The translations under genes and the position numbers were made by a program. From NCBI RefSeq assembly GCF_963506605.1, contig NC_083276.1:22382001-22446000 (forward strand): DNA of 64,000 nt, in the 5' to 3' direction. Below are positions 50,861-64,000 of this stretch, piece after piece (position 1 is the stretch's first letter; each line of letters begins with the position of its first letter). The notes under the pieces are model-generated. The model saw nothing but the letters and a program-made list of their open reading frames with translations. It searched no databases and was not told where the DNA came from. The DNA comes from Zootoca vivipara (lineage: Eukaryota).

Positions 50861-52779
50861 AATAAATGTCATAACTTAGGAGGGGGCACCCCAGGATGGC
50901 AAGGTAGTCATGCTCTCTGTGCCTCATTCCACAACAACACAGTCCAAGCCTATTGGAGGGGTGTGTGTGTGTTGTTTTATTTGTCTTGTTTGTTAAAAAC
51001 CAGCCATGAGGGACTAAAGAATGCCATGTCTAGTTTGGCATTAGCGAACAGCTCATAGCGGTACAGAAGTTAGAGGTGCAAGTTTGGGAATCTCCTTTTG
51101 GCCAGCAGGAATGGTATCTTTGATCTGTTCCATTAGAATTGTATTGCAGAGTAGTCTTTTCAGTGTAGCTTTGCTATGCAAAAAAACAAACAAACCCCAC
51201 TGTCCCATTTTAACATAGCTGTTCAAAGTACCTCTGCTGCAAATAGATCTCGGTGGAAAAGTTATAATCCCTTCCTTGTACCCAACGTTTTTATTCAAAA
51301 GTAGGAGCTTGTTTCTGCCTAGGCCCCTATAAATTATTCAGAGAGGCCTTTCCTCCCTGCATCCCGAAAAAGAGCACATAAGGCAAAACATCAGAATGGA
51401 ACACAGAGCAGGGGAAGGTTTCTTTTTCTTTTCTTTTTTAGTTCCCCGGCTGTTCGAGATAATTAAGCACATTGGCAAGTGCTAAAAGGTACCTTGTAAA
51501 GCGTGTGGGCGGTGGACAGAAAGCAGCACACTTATGTTAAAATAAAAGCCATACATTAAAATCCCCTGCCTTGCCCACTTGAATTCAACTTGAAAGAAGC
51601 AGTTTCCATTATATTTCCTCTGAACGCCATAGAGACTCTTGTCCTCAGCTGATAGAAAATGGGCTAGGATGAGTTCCCTTAATGCTGAGGAGAAGCCTCC
51701 CCCCCTCTTCCACAACAAACGTTACACAAATTTCTAAGATTTAGACAAGAGTGTGGCCCTCCTCTCCACCCTCCCCATGTCCTCTTGCCTTTCTTTCCCT
51801 TTATGTTTCCCCCCTTTGCATTTTGGGGCCCTGCCAATTATAGCAGACTGGGTCCTACGCTGCCCCGAAAACTTACGTGTTTTCAGTGTCAAGTGTTTAC
51901 TTAATATATGCAAGCAAGCAGTCACAGTTTGTGTTTGCTAAGGGCTAGCATCTGTAAAATGGGAATAACAAATCTTCATAGTAGTAACAGAATGAGTAAG
52001 AGATCAGTGGCATAAGGTTTAGGTACAAACTTCCCAAAATTTTGAAGAGAGGATTTTTTGACTGTGTTTCTAGTTTCCTATAGCTAAGTTTTCTTTGGGT
52101 GGATGCTGGTTTTATCTGTGTCTCTGCTAGGACTTTTGTAATAATTCACTTTTGTTGGTAATTTTGTACTGCTTTTACGTTGGATTATATTTTATGGTAT
52201 ATATTGCTGTATATATTGCTTGTTGTGTGAACCGGCATTTACTTAAGTCTGAACAAACTCACCCAGTTCTGCTCCGTTATTCCTTGCCATTCCTTGGTGC
52301 TCCAGCTGAGCATCTATGCAAACATAGTGAGCCCGCCTTTCCCGAAATTGGCTCGAAGGGGTCAGGAGAAAACCTGGAACAGCGTACAGCAGCAGGAGAG
52401 TGGCCAGTGGTCGGAATATCTTGTTTGATATTCTTCTTTCTGTTGGCAGAGTTCAGCTAATTCCATTAAGGGTTTTTTTTGGTTGTTTTTTTTTTTTTAA
52501 TCTACTGGAAATTTTACTGAAACAAAGTTTCCATCTCGTAATGAAACAGTTTTTATAGTGGTCCTTTGAAGATGAAATAGCGGATGGCAGGTTTCATGTG
52601 AGCTTTCCATTTTATTGTCTCCTTTGTGTGTTAGCATTGGAAAAGATGCTCTTTTCCATTGCTTATCAGTTAAACAGAAGCACTTCTATGATTTGGAAAA
52701 TATAAGTTAATGGCAGTGCTCATGCTAGAGCTGTGGCAACGACTTCATGCTCATGTTTCAAATTGCATTGAAGTAAGTA

Positions 52780-52954
52780 CAGTGGTACCTCGACTTACGA
52801 GTGCCTCGACTTCCGAAGGTTTCGACTTCCGAAGTCCACTGACCCGGAAGTATTTTCCCAGTGCATGCGCAAAATGGATGCTTCGACTTCCAAAGGTTTC
52901 GACTTCCGAAGAGCGCCGCGGAACGGATCGCCTTCGGAAGTCGACGTACCACTG
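52780..52954. mobile_element. Young Tigger-like MITE, 175 bp
   Basis: TA|CAGTGGTACCTCGACTT ... AAGTCGACGTACCACTG|TA; TCGACTTCCGAAG-like motif reiterated; CpGs intact. Confidence 0.9.
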
Positions 52955-55590
52955 TAGGTCGTTTCTATCCAAACTTATGATGTCATTGCAATTCGCTCAT
53001 CTTGTATATGGTTAAAGTGCTAGTGTTGAACTTCACTGGCCTAACAAGGTGCATTCTTCAAAAGAGTTATATAGCATGTTTTATTTAATGTTTTGTCAAG
53101 TTGTGCATATCAGAGAACAGTGTTCTGTCTGAGGGTCAAGCCAAGCTCATCATTTAAAATAATAATAATGTACACGGTGTAGCCCCCCTCCCCCAATTTA
53201 CTAGGACAAATGACACATGATGCTAAAAGTGTCCTTAGTAACTACTTCAAACTTTTTCCTAAGACTCATAGCCAGGGAGAGTGCTCATTGAGATCACAGC
53301 TTGGGAATGAACACTTAAATTCTCCGTGCACACTGCTGTCCTGGTGAAAGTGCTATTAAATTGTTTTAAAGACTTTATGTAGTTATTAATAACACATTTA
53401 GCCTGTATAGTTTTGCCTTAAAAGAATGGGCAGAGAATTCTTGAGGATGCAAGAAACCTAGCCAATTTCACAGAATTCAAAGAGATGCTGAATGTCTGCA
53501 TTTCAGCCCACTGGTGCAGCAACATACTAATTTTGTATCAGCTTGCCAATTTTTTTGTAATGTATCGGTATCAATATTAGCCTAGTATATAGGCCAATTT
53601 AACTGTGGTTCCATGATTTCTGAACCAGACATAATTATGTATAGAAGCTTAAATGACTCAACTGATAATTTTAGTAAATCAACTGATTAATCAGCTAGCC
53701 ATTTAAATCATGACTAATGCTGAGTAGCAGTGCCATTTCCTGAATATTAACCGATGGTAACTTCATTTTGACTAAGTATAGCATGTGTTGTTGTTTTTAG
53801 AAGAAGAACATGCATCTTTTTAAAACAAAACAAAAGTAAGGAAACTTGACAATGTGTTTATAGTGTCTGCTCAGTTAGATAATACACTGTATTACCTTTT
53901 AATTTGGTGAGTGGCTCTCCTATTCAAGGCTTCTTAAAGCAATTTAATGTTATAATATTAATTAAGAACTGATTATCAGTTTTGCTACAAAAGTGGCAAT
54001 GAAGATGTGACATCGAATGAGATTAAATTATATTCCGTTACCCCCCATGATCCTTAAGGACTGGGTGAGCTGCAGGCAATTCTGTGAAAGTAGTAATTTT
54101 CTTTGCTGCTTGCCTATATCTGTTTTCTCTCTCTGATCTTTGTCACTGTTTAGTTCTACAGTTGTAATATTTGCATAGCCTTGTGAGATGCTATACTTAA
54201 ATCCAGCATGCTGTTTTCCTTGCACTGAGCCGCTGCACCAGAATGCAGCAGAATAGTTATCATGTTTACACACTTTATCAAATGTTAAAGCCTTTATCTG
54301 GACACTTAGTCCTGTTTAAATACAAGCAGTGGGGAGAAGAAACAGGGCCTTTTCAGTGGTGGCTCCCTCTGAAAAGTTCCCTGGTGAATGTCAGAAGGTT
54401 CCCAAAGACCTTCCTCTCTAGGAGTGCCCCTTGGGTGAGTGATTCTGGCTCTTTGCTTCACATTAGTTTTAGATTTTTAGTGCTTAGTGATTATCAATTA
54501 AGCTGTCTAAAAGAAAAACTTGGCCAATAAATAATTCCATGTGTAATAATGAACTTGTTCTCCAAGTGTGGATCCTTGTGTAGCCAAACTGGCATCATCC
54601 ATGCACGGAAGGGAGGTATCAGCACATCTTGGGAAGCCCTAGCATTTTGAAGTTTGAAAAAATCTTCAGACCAAAATAAACCAGTAAGGATTGAGCGTAC
54701 TCAATGGCCACAGAATACAGAGTGTCTAGGGGTGGAAAACGAAGAGGGGGGATTTTGGTGGAGCATCCTAGGAGACAGGATGGCTGCCTGGAAGGAACAC
54801 TGGACAGGAGCACTGCACACTGCAATATTTTGACTTCGGCCTTCCATGATCTGCTTCCACCTCTCCACCCCCTTTTTTCCTGTGTTGAGCAAGAAGGTCT
54901 GAAGATGGGTTCTGAGTGTGTTTGGCTGGATCCCCATGCCCTATCTTCTGCTTACCCATAGTTTATATTGTGGCATTATTTCAAAAAGCAAGGCTTTTAG
55001 GGAAGCATCCGGAACATACATATTGAGACCCTGACATTGTCTTTGGGAATATAGCTCTGCGTCATTGTTCGGGGCTTTTGCTTAGGAAATTGGACAAAGA
55101 TTAGGCATGCTAAGAGGAAGCTTCCATGCCCAAAAGCCACATTTCCTCGTATAAAGCATTTGACCTGGAAGAAAGGGTCTTTTATAGCACTTAATGGTCA
55201 GATTTTAAAAGGGGAGCAAAGCAGACCATTAGCAAACCACCAACCTTGAAAGAGCACAGAGACAAAAGGCCCTGTTAGCATTACAAGGGAGCTAAAAGCT
55301 TAAGCATCATGCAGTCCTCTTTGGGAGATGTTAGGAAGCATAATGCACAGGGGGCCCAAGAGCTGTGCACACATTTCTTTACACTTTCGCTTTGGATAAA
55401 AATGTGTTTTACATGTAACTAATTAATAATGGAGTAAGAACCCCAAGTATATATTCTTTCCCTAAGGCTGGACTTTCAAGGGAGTCGCTCTTGCTTCTCC
55501 TCCTGCCATCTGAGGTGAGGCAAGTGGTAAGAGGGGAAAAGGCTGCTGGCCATGGTGGCTGTCAACGGTTTCTGCTGTCTGAGGCGGTGT

Positions 55591-55712
55591 GCCCCACCCA
55601 TCTGGCTGGGTTTCCCCAGTCACTTCGGGAAGTTCCCAATAGAATACAGTATTAAAAACACACAATGAAACATCAATCATTAAAAACTTCCCTAAACAGG
55701 GCTGCCTTCAGA
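55591..55712 (-). mobile_element. L2-type LINE 3' fragment
   Basis: Matches 10260-10360 and 48175-48283. Confidence 0.8.
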
Positions 55713-57255
55713 TTAGGAACAATACTTTCCCATTCTTCAGACCTAAACATCTCAAATTCATTCATTTTCCTTTCCTAGGCTGTGACTTCTCCCATTGGGT
55801 CATCTTGGAATTTGGAGTACCAACTTTCATTTTTAAAAAAGTAATATCTTGAGTTTTGTGGTTGTGAACGCATGATGACCTTGATGCTGAACCACTAGCA
55901 CAAAACTAATACTTAGAATATTAACTTTTTGAAAGCATCAGTAAGCTTGGCTTCTTCTTTTTAAGCAGTAGAAGAAGAAATAGGGGAAGTACCAGTCAGT
56001 TGAGCTGACAGTTGGTGCCCATGCGTTGCTTCAGTTAGCGTGAATCATGAGTATATTATCTTGACACACAATAAAAAATGCATGGAAAAGAGAGAAAGTG
56101 CCTCCTCATGTCACTCACCTTTATGTGTACTGTAACTCATTTCTTGGGAATCTTTGCAACTATTTAGCTGCTGTACAAAGAATCTTAGCAGTGAAAATCT
56201 TGGCAAAATGTCTGCTCAGAATGGCAGAAAGCACAATTATTGGAAGTTTTGGTGCAGGTTGGTGGCATGTGAGGGATATGACCCTGGGCAAATTGCTCAG
56301 CCTAGCTCACCTGAGAGCGCTTGTGATGCTCTTTGTACACTGAAGTTGGGTATAGGATGACAATAACCTTCCACTAGACATTCAATGACTTCACCCCCTC
56401 CGCTCAGAAAACACCATTTATATTGTTCTGTATAATACCTGTAAAAGATTTTTAAAAACAGCTGTGTGTTTTTAAGAACTATTTATTTGTTTCGGTAGCC
56501 TAATTTGGAAAAAGAAAAGAAAGGCTATTTCTATTGTTAAACAGTTGGTAATCGGAAATCCTTGGTGCTCTACTGCAGGTTACCCAGAGATCTATCCTGC
56601 ATAAACAAAGCTCAATCATCTTTTGTATGAGCCATGTTTTGTGGCTCTTGTATCAATATTATTTACTTTTTTCTTCCTCTGATTAAATGTTTAGATTCAT
56701 ATCAGATTGAAAATGCTTCTCTGTACTGTAATTATTTCTGCTTATACTGGGGAAGGATGACTTAAGTAACCAGTTTTATCTTTAAGTAACCATTGTACTA
56801 GAAAGCGAAAACATCGTATCTCATTTTGTTTTGTTGCTTTTAATTAAAAACAGCTACTCAGTTGAATCTATACACCTATGAAATAAATGGCTTCGTAAAA
56901 TACACAGCAGGACCAGCAGGAGGTGAGAAAATAAACTTAGAAATGAAGGACAGAGAAGTTGTGCCAATGTGGAAATATAATTCTCCTACTTGACTCATCA
57001 GGGCCAACTCCATTTCCTCTTTTCAGATTTCCCCCCACTTTACCGCAGGTTCAAAACTATGAATGTTACTGTTTTCTTGGCAGTTCATCAGGATGAACTT
57101 TAATGGATTTAAAAAATGGATGTTTCTGACTTGGCACATAATCCACTTGTGCAAATGTAACAAAGCACAAATTTCAAAAGAAAACAGATTTACTGCCATT
57201 CAATGTGAATTTATTCCATATATGTCAGATTCACATCACCCTTTATGAAAGCAAC

Positions 57256-57410
57256 CAGTGTTATTTGGGGTGCGGGGCGGCGCAGGGGTATGCATACCCC
57301 TAAACATTTTGTGAATCTAAGTTTGGCCTCATTGAGGGGCAGTACTGTATTATAATACAAGTAGGAAAATGAGAGTACCTCTTTAAAAAATTATAGGAAA
57401 AAAAGCACTG
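57256..57410. mobile_element. hAT (Tip100-like) MITE
   Basis: Perfect 8-bp TSD aaagcaac; ends cagtgttattt / aaaaagcactg. Confidence 0.8.
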
Positions 57411-57558
57411 AAAGCAACACACACTTCATGGGGGGCCCTGTGTTGTGTGTACACAGAGAGATACAGGCACTTTTTCGGGGAGCCTTTTTACAGCACCATC
57501 ATTCTCATAAATTTCAGAAATGTTCATCCAAATGTACATAAGTGTGGTATACAGTCAT

Positions 57559-57602
57559 TGCTGCTGCTGCTGCTGCTGCCGCCGCCGCCGCTGCCACCAC
57601 CA
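57559..57602. repeat. Compound (CTG)n(CCG)n(CCA)n trinucleotide repeat
   Basis: Seen directly. Confidence 0.9.
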
Positions 57603-60268
57603 TGTTCATTTTGTGCCAGCCATTTGTTACTGAGAGATAAAATGAATAACTGTCCTGCTGAGGTGGGGCGATAAATGGAACAATGAGACAAAAACAGAAA
57701 AATTGCCAATGATGTGCTTGAGCTTTAGAGTTGATCATGAAAACCTATGAAAAAGCAGGATGTACTAAAAAAAAGAGGCCAAGGGAAACTGTCTGTCTGG
57801 TAGTATTACTGACAAAGGTTGTCCTGTCATTATACAAACTGTGGCTTTTGGGTGCAGCTGGATTCCTGAAAAAGCTAAGGGTTTTTTCCTTTTCCTTTTG
57901 CTGCGATCGAATTCCTAGCTCTGACTGTTGCAGAGATGCATTTTAAAACCGTGTGTGACTCAGGCCTCATGCAGCTGAGTTGTGTGGGTGGATGCAACTT
58001 GCATTTGAAGAGAAGTGTTATGATTTAAACAGAAATAGATATCTAAGGGCGGCAAGCAGTTGGTCTTGTGTTCTTTTGCTGTAGGAACCTGGAGGCAGTA
58101 CTGCAGACCAATTACACATCTTATTAAAATAGGCCACAGGGCTTGGTTTTTCAACCTGCCCATGCTGCAAAGCCAAAAAGATGTAGACTGTTGTGCAAAG
58201 TTGTAATATCTGACAACCTCTGAAGGGCTTGAGGCTGGGAAAGGCAAATGTTTTCTTTAAGCAGCACGAGCCTCCATTTATCAGCAGGGCATTAAAGCAT
58301 AGCTGCCAAGTTTTCCCTTTTCTCACGAGGAAGCCTATTCAGCATAAGGGAATTTCCCTTAAAAAAAGGGATAACTTGGCAGCTATGCATTAAAGGAATA
58401 AACAAAGATTTCTAAGCAAGTAAGAGAATGATTTAGAATTCAATAACAATAAAATAGAAGTATATTTTTATTTTACTCCAGCTCTTCTTCATTTGATACG
58501 AGCTGTTATGGCTAGAATGGATTTAGGATGAGTTTTAACGCAGCCAGGATCCTCATGTCCAGTTATAGCAATGGTGCACCTAAAACGGCACTGCTACATT
58601 CTTTACTTTAAATATATCTAGGTCCCTTTCAGTTTCTTTTGAAATTGATTTAATTAGTTTACTTGAAATGAGTGGAAACATCAGTTGATTGTCATGTTTA
58701 AAATACATGTTTGCCATTCTGGAGCGCTGCAGCTTAAAACAAACCATACCCTCTTGCCATTTCAAATGTTCCTCATTACAAAGCTTTTCTTTCTTCTGCA
58801 AGGAGCTGGTTTCTTCTTAAAGATTTCAGGAATTGCACTAATTTGTTTCATGCCTCCATTTGTTGTTGTTTTGGAGCAAAATAAAGTTCAGCATGTAGCA
58901 ACAACCACGGCTGACCTTTTGAAAACACTGTTGTCAAGCAGAAGAGCATTTTCCCCTTAGCAACAAGAGTTTTGCAGCAAGGGAAAGCAATTCAATACCT
59001 TAGCTCCAAGGTTTGTTTGAGGGCGGGAGGGTAACAACAATGAGGATTGGACTCTTCACTATAGCACAGCTGCATTTATGTAATATACTAGAGAGTTTGC
59101 ATTGTACAATCAAATAGGCAGGAACAGGCATGAAAAACAAACATAATAACATAGTCAAGACATACATTGCATACAAACAGTGTTCCACTGTCTAGTTCAG
59201 TTCAATTCTTTTATTGTGAGGACTTGCAAACTTTACTTTAAAAATATATATATTTCCTTTTCTTTTTCCTTCAGAAGAGAAACAAGTAACTGTTTTGAAA
59301 CCCTTCCATCTCTAAACAACTAATATCTTCTGTTGATAGCCCTCCCCTGGCATATTTAGGATTTGGACCTGGGGGAGAGAGAGATGGTTCCTTATATTTA
59401 TCAATAATCCACCAATAAAAGAACTCAAAATAAATTATCTGGTGAAGTTTTGCCCAAAATATTAGATGTAGAATCTAGAACTATTTGAATAAGTTTTAGT
59501 TTTGCCATTGACCAGAAGATCCTGAAGATCCTGATTGAAGATCCTAGATAAAGTAGGATCACTAATACCCAATAATGTAAAAATATATATTGTGTTTGAA
59601 TGTAGAATGGATAGCCTTAACTGATACAAAAATATAGTTTGACTCTCCATTAATTTTTGTCAGTTTTTATTATTTGAATGCAAAGTTCATTTATTGTGAG
59701 TCATGTGGAGAGGAAGGCTTAGCAAGGAATGTTTGAATTCTAAAACCCTCTTGGGTTTTTTTTTTTACTAAGTTCATATTTTTGAATCTGAATGCCTCTT
59801 TTAAGATTTTATCTCGTTTTCCCAAAGCACTTGCCTGATTAGAATAAACAGATTAAATGTCGCACGTGCCCTTTCTTCAAACGAAAGCACTAATAAATAG
59901 TTTCCTGGATCATTTCATGCTTCCTTTAGAGAAGCAGCCATGCTACTTCTGCTACCCTTTTAATCCGTTAGATAGACAATAAAATTCCTAAGAAGGAGGA
60001 GATGTCTGGATTCATTTATTTGCTGATATACTTTTAACCTTGCCCTCGCAGTCGGTACAAAACCTGCACCTTTCTCTGCATGTGCAACTGATACAGCTGG
60101 AATACCCCTCCCCTTCATACTAATTTAGTATACTAATATTCCAAGCATAGTCACATCACAGAGTTGTTATAAAGGCATTGTTTTTTGTTTTGTTTTTTAA
60201 ATGCTAGTTATCCAGTATGGTTGAAATCTGAAGGATAAATAAAATATAATGGTGCTTTAGCTATAGTG

Positions 60269-60521
60269 CAAAAGGTCAGCAACCTTTTTCAGCCATGGGC
60301 CAGTTCACCGTCCCTCAGACCATGTGGTGGGCCGGACTATATTGTGGGGGGGGAAATATGAACGAATTCCTATGCCCCACAAATAGCCCAGAGATGCATT
60401 TTAAATAAAAGCACACATTCTACTTGTATAAAAACACACTGATTCCCGGACCGTCCGCAGGCTGGATTGAGAAGGCGATTGGGCCGCATCCAGCCCATGG
60501 GCCTTAGGTTGCCTACCCCTG
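60269..60521. mobile_element. hAT-Charlie non-autonomous element
   Basis: Perfect 8-bp TSD ctatagtg; degenerate TIR ca..ggt..gcaacct / aggttgcctacccctg. Confidence 0.85.
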
Positions 60522-60650
60522 CTATAGTGGCTGGCTGAAAAGAACTCTTATTCAAAGGTATACTGTGTATAAACACAGCTCACTAAAGTACTTTCTGCTC
60601 ATTAAGAACAATCAACAGAATGGGAGATGTCACCTCTATCTACCTTAGAG

Positions 60651-61233
60651 CAGTGGTTTTCAACCAGTGTGCTGGGGCACCCTCAGGTGCTGCGGGCAAC
60701 TCTGGCCTCTGTCCCTCTTTCCTTCTCTCCCTCCTCTGAGGCCCTCTTGCATCTCTGCCTCCCAAAGGCTTGCGCAGCTGTTTGTTGCAGCAGCCCTGGC
60801 TACAAGCTCCCCAGGCGAATGGTGCCTCTGGGGCTGGCCAGGGGGTGCTAGTTGCCAGGAGCCGAGGCGGCCTCGGAATAAGCAATTAAGCAGGTGAGGG
60901 AGCCCAGCCACCCACTCTGCCAGCCCTTGCTGTTGGGAATGGACAGACAAGTCCCAGGCCCCTGTGGGGCAGCGTGAGGAACAGCTCTCTTTGGGGGCAG
61001 CTCAGAGACCAGGGGTGGTGGCAGCAGCTGCCTGGAGGACTCACAAGGAGAGGGGAGAAGAGAGGAGGCTGAGGAAACACTCCACAAGGAAGGGTGTTTG
61101 AAAAAGGGTGAGAGGCTGCCAGCTCTGCAGGCAAGGGGGGGGCATAACTGGGCTCCTGAGCCCCACAGGGGTGCCGCCGAAAGAATGTAGTTGGTCAAGG
61201 GAGCCGTGGACTCAAAAAGGTTGAAAATCTCTG
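60651..61233. mobile_element. hAT-Charlie-like non-autonomous element
   Basis: TIR cagtggttttcaacc / ggttgaaaatctctg; TSD ccttagag/ccttgggg (6/8). Confidence 0.8.
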
Positions 61234-61886
61234 CCTTGGGGGGGATGGGGTGATTCTTAGTATGCATAGTGTACAGTGATCTTTATGTACTCATTTAATT
61301 TGTTTTCTCTGTTTACAAAGCATAGTTTATAGCCACTTGCTGTTCTGATTGTTTTCTCCGAAGGCTAGCTTCTACCTGCCAGAATTTGAAGTGGAAGGAG
61401 TCCTCAATTGACTAATAGGTTGATGATCTCATTATTCTAGGAGTTTAAAAAGCTTCCCCTTATTTGAGAATACCAAAGAGGAAACAGTGCACAACTGAAC
61501 TGTTTATTTGTGTGTTGATGAAGAATGCATACTGCTTGTCTTAACTGTAATGGAAAATTGCAAGAATAGCTGCCTTTTCCTCCAGGGTTGCACAGCCAAC
61601 ACTTGCCCTTTAAGAGTTCCTCTCAGCTAAATCAACAGAGGCTCAACCTCTGCACATATACATCTTCCGTTCATTTTCCATTTTAGCACGTGTTCTTCCC
61701 CTTAAAGAATCTTATCATAGTGCAGAATCCAAATATTTTGGGATTTGGTAACGGCCCAGCCTTGTTGCCATGGTCTTCTCATTTGCCCTGTCTGAAGAAT
61801 GTGCTCCTCTTTTTAAAAATTTGCAGTATTTCATTGCCGTTCCCTCAACCTCTTTTCCATGGCACTCTTTTCTCTGCTCGCTGCAG

Positions 61887-62108
61887 GCTTTGATACTTCA
61901 CCAGCTTGGAAGGTACAGCCTGGCCGAGAAGATTCTTAGGGATGCTGTCCAGGTGAACTCCACGGCCCATGAGGTTTGGAATGGCCTCGGGGTGGTTTTG
62001 CAAGCTCAGGGCAATGACGATGCAGCAACCGAGTGCTTCCTGACAGCGCTGGAGCTGGAGGCCAGCAGCCCCATTGTCCCTTTCACCATCATCCCTCGAG
62101 TCCTCTGA
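61887..62108 (+). CDS. TTC7B: TTC7B terminal coding exon (~20)
   Basis: ctgcag|GCT TTG ATA...GTC CTC TGA; [31 protein letters not shown]...PFTIIPRVL*. Confidence 0.96.
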   Translation, partial: ALILHQLGRYSLAEKILRDAVQVNSTAHEVWNGLGVVLQAQGNDDAATECFLTALELEASSPIVPFTIIPRVL

Positions 62109-62935
62109 AAGACTGTCCTCATAAATTGATGAATCATCATGTGAGAATGTTAGGAAGCATACTGCGTAAGCCTTCCTCCTGATTCGAAGGGCGGCTCTTC
62201 AGGCTGAGAGGTAATACAACAAAACAGGCAATCTGCTCATTACTGTGAGGGATTCTGACTGTGGAAGTGATACAGCATCTTATTGTTAATGCAGAGAAAT
62301 AACTAAACAGAAATGTGGGGGAACCACACACATGCCACCCCCCCGTGTATCACCTACATCTTCGCCCCATAGTAGTTTTAAAGCCTGACGCTATTGTTCA
62401 AATGGGTATTGTGCCATGTTTTATTAGGTGACATCTGAGTGTTATGTAAAACTTTAAATAGAATCAAACACCAACTGTAGAATAATAGATTCGAGTTAAA
62501 ATTCAGTGGCAGAGCAGCCTATTTTTAACCAAGCCTGTCAAAGACCCGTTCTCTTCATGTCTTTCAACCTCTCTGGGCCCGGAATCAAAATGTGAAATTT
62601 GCTGTGCTCCATCTCTGCAGTAGTCCAGGCAGACAAATTAACCGAAAGGTTTATGTTTTTAGTTGTTTATAACTGTGATGTGTAGCTAATTGTTACTGCC
62701 TTTATTTAGAAGAGAGGTTGTGTACAAGAATATTTATATTTTACCAATGTATGCCTGTTTAAAAGAAGAAGAAGAAATGAAAAGAAAATATTAGTTATTT
62801 AAGTTTAACTTTTTTATGTGAATTCAGAGTTTATTTATCAATGGAAATATGTAAAAAGATGCTAAAGACGGAATATTTACCGACATTCCTTATGCATTAT
62901 AAACCCACTTGGCTCAATGGGAAGATTATGTTAAT

Positions 62936-62941
62936 AATAAA
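62936..62941 (+). terminator. Candidate polyadenylation signal of TTC7B (3' UTR ~62109-62960)
   Basis: AATAAA preceded by AU-rich/TGTA elements and followed by a GT/T-rich tract. Confidence 0.65.
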
Positions 62942-64000
62942 AATGATTTTTGGATGGATATAGTGCTTGTCCTTCGTTTTGAGAGCTGGATGAAAATAAT
63001 CAGGCTGCCCCAAAGTGGCAGTCTGGGCCATAACACAGCCATAGTAGAAGATTTGATTAATCTGATACCTCTGTTTTACAAAAAGATGCTCAGAAGAACA
63101 TCTAATTTGAACTATTCTTAAATCCAGGGCAAATGCCTGATCTGAGAAAAGGTCGAGATCCACCATTAAATCAGGGGCTCAACTGGGCTTACACATAGCA
63201 TGCTGGTTCAGTCATGTCAGAATCCTCCAAGAAGTGGTTTTAGAGCATACCATATGAGACGGGCTAATCTCTGTGACAAACAGCTGCCCGTTGTTGGCCA
63301 CATTTCCCCTTTGCTCAGAGTTCGCTGTCCAGCAGTCTTTCCTTTTGCTGCACATAGGTATATGGAAGGTGTAAACCAATAGACCACTTTTACGTCAAGT
63401 TATATAATACTTAATACAAGCAGCTTGTCTTCCTGTTTAAATTGGGGCCTGAAAACAGCCCTTGATCACACCTGAATCAAAAACTTCATCCAACTGACCT
63501 GGAAATTCCTGTTGAATTAGTCTCCAACGGGGAGCTGGGCCTGTTTTGTTAAAAGGTACTTAAAGCCACTAATGGACCCTGAGACCCTGGCAAATGCTAT
63601 GGAGCATTGAAGAGTTAGCTCTTATTTGGCCAGCAACTGTACAGACCCCTTGATCAAAACAAGACACAGCAGGTCTAATTGGTAATTTACAGAAAATGGA
63701 ACCAATGTCGGTAGCCATTAGCAAATTAACTAAAAACATGCCTTCCTACTTGTAATTCCCTTTTGCTTGATCATCATGCACAGGGCTTTGGCCATGTGGC
63801 AGCAGCTGGGCGGAGGGCAATGAAGTAGGTTCTGTTGTCCTTTAAAACATTAATATCCTGTCTTTTAAAAAATCCGGCTAACACATTGCAAAATCTATAA
63901 AAGTTGCATTACAAGCCTGGAATCGTAGCTTAACCAACAGCTATAAAGAGTGTTTTTGACGCAGCACTCATTTCCCACTAGTTTATGGTTGTATTGTGGA

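Larger units (their letters stand above)
3840..62108 (+). other. TTC7B: TTC7B gene, 3' part (exons ~6-20 by human numbering); TPR scaffold of the PI4KA-FAM126-EFR3 complex
   Basis: 15 exons with canonical AG/GT ends and matching phases translate continuously from NLTRGVGRFREILRAVETRTTQNLRM to [15 protein letters not shown], matching recalled vertebrate TTC7B. Confidence 0.97.

Noticed and set aside
57000-57250. Two strong acceptor-like sites (ttttcag, ccgcag) in the last intron
   Set aside because: No convincing donor or recognisable peptide; cannot be supported without RNA data.
59420-59650. Possible minus-strand LINE remnant
   Set aside because: No diagnostic motif recognised.

Overview
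Eukaryotic (squamate, most likely lacertid lizard) genomic DNA. It holds the 3' ~72% of the TTC7B coding sequence on the + strand: 15 constitutive GT-AG exons from 3840 to the stop at 62108, which splice into an unbroken ~610-codon frame, plus a probable 51-nt cassette exon at 40592-40642. The introns contain a near-intact but disabled BovB (RTE) LINE, Sauria and Squam3-type SINEs, CR1/L2/L1 remnants, and many Tigger-like and hAT MITEs. The most unusual feature is a young non-autonomous DNA transposon present twice (4587-7160 and 27071-30669). It has TA target duplications and CCGT-ended, Tc2-like TIRs. Its interior is a variable-number GC/CpG-rich array (~16.5 vs ~23.5 units) of a 135-144 bp unit made almost entirely of two ~67-bp palindromes. 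The arrays show higher-order repeats, an in-place hairpin inversion and microhomology deletions. The many overlapping ORFs over these arrays are artefacts. Family names come from recalled consensus sequences, not from database searches.
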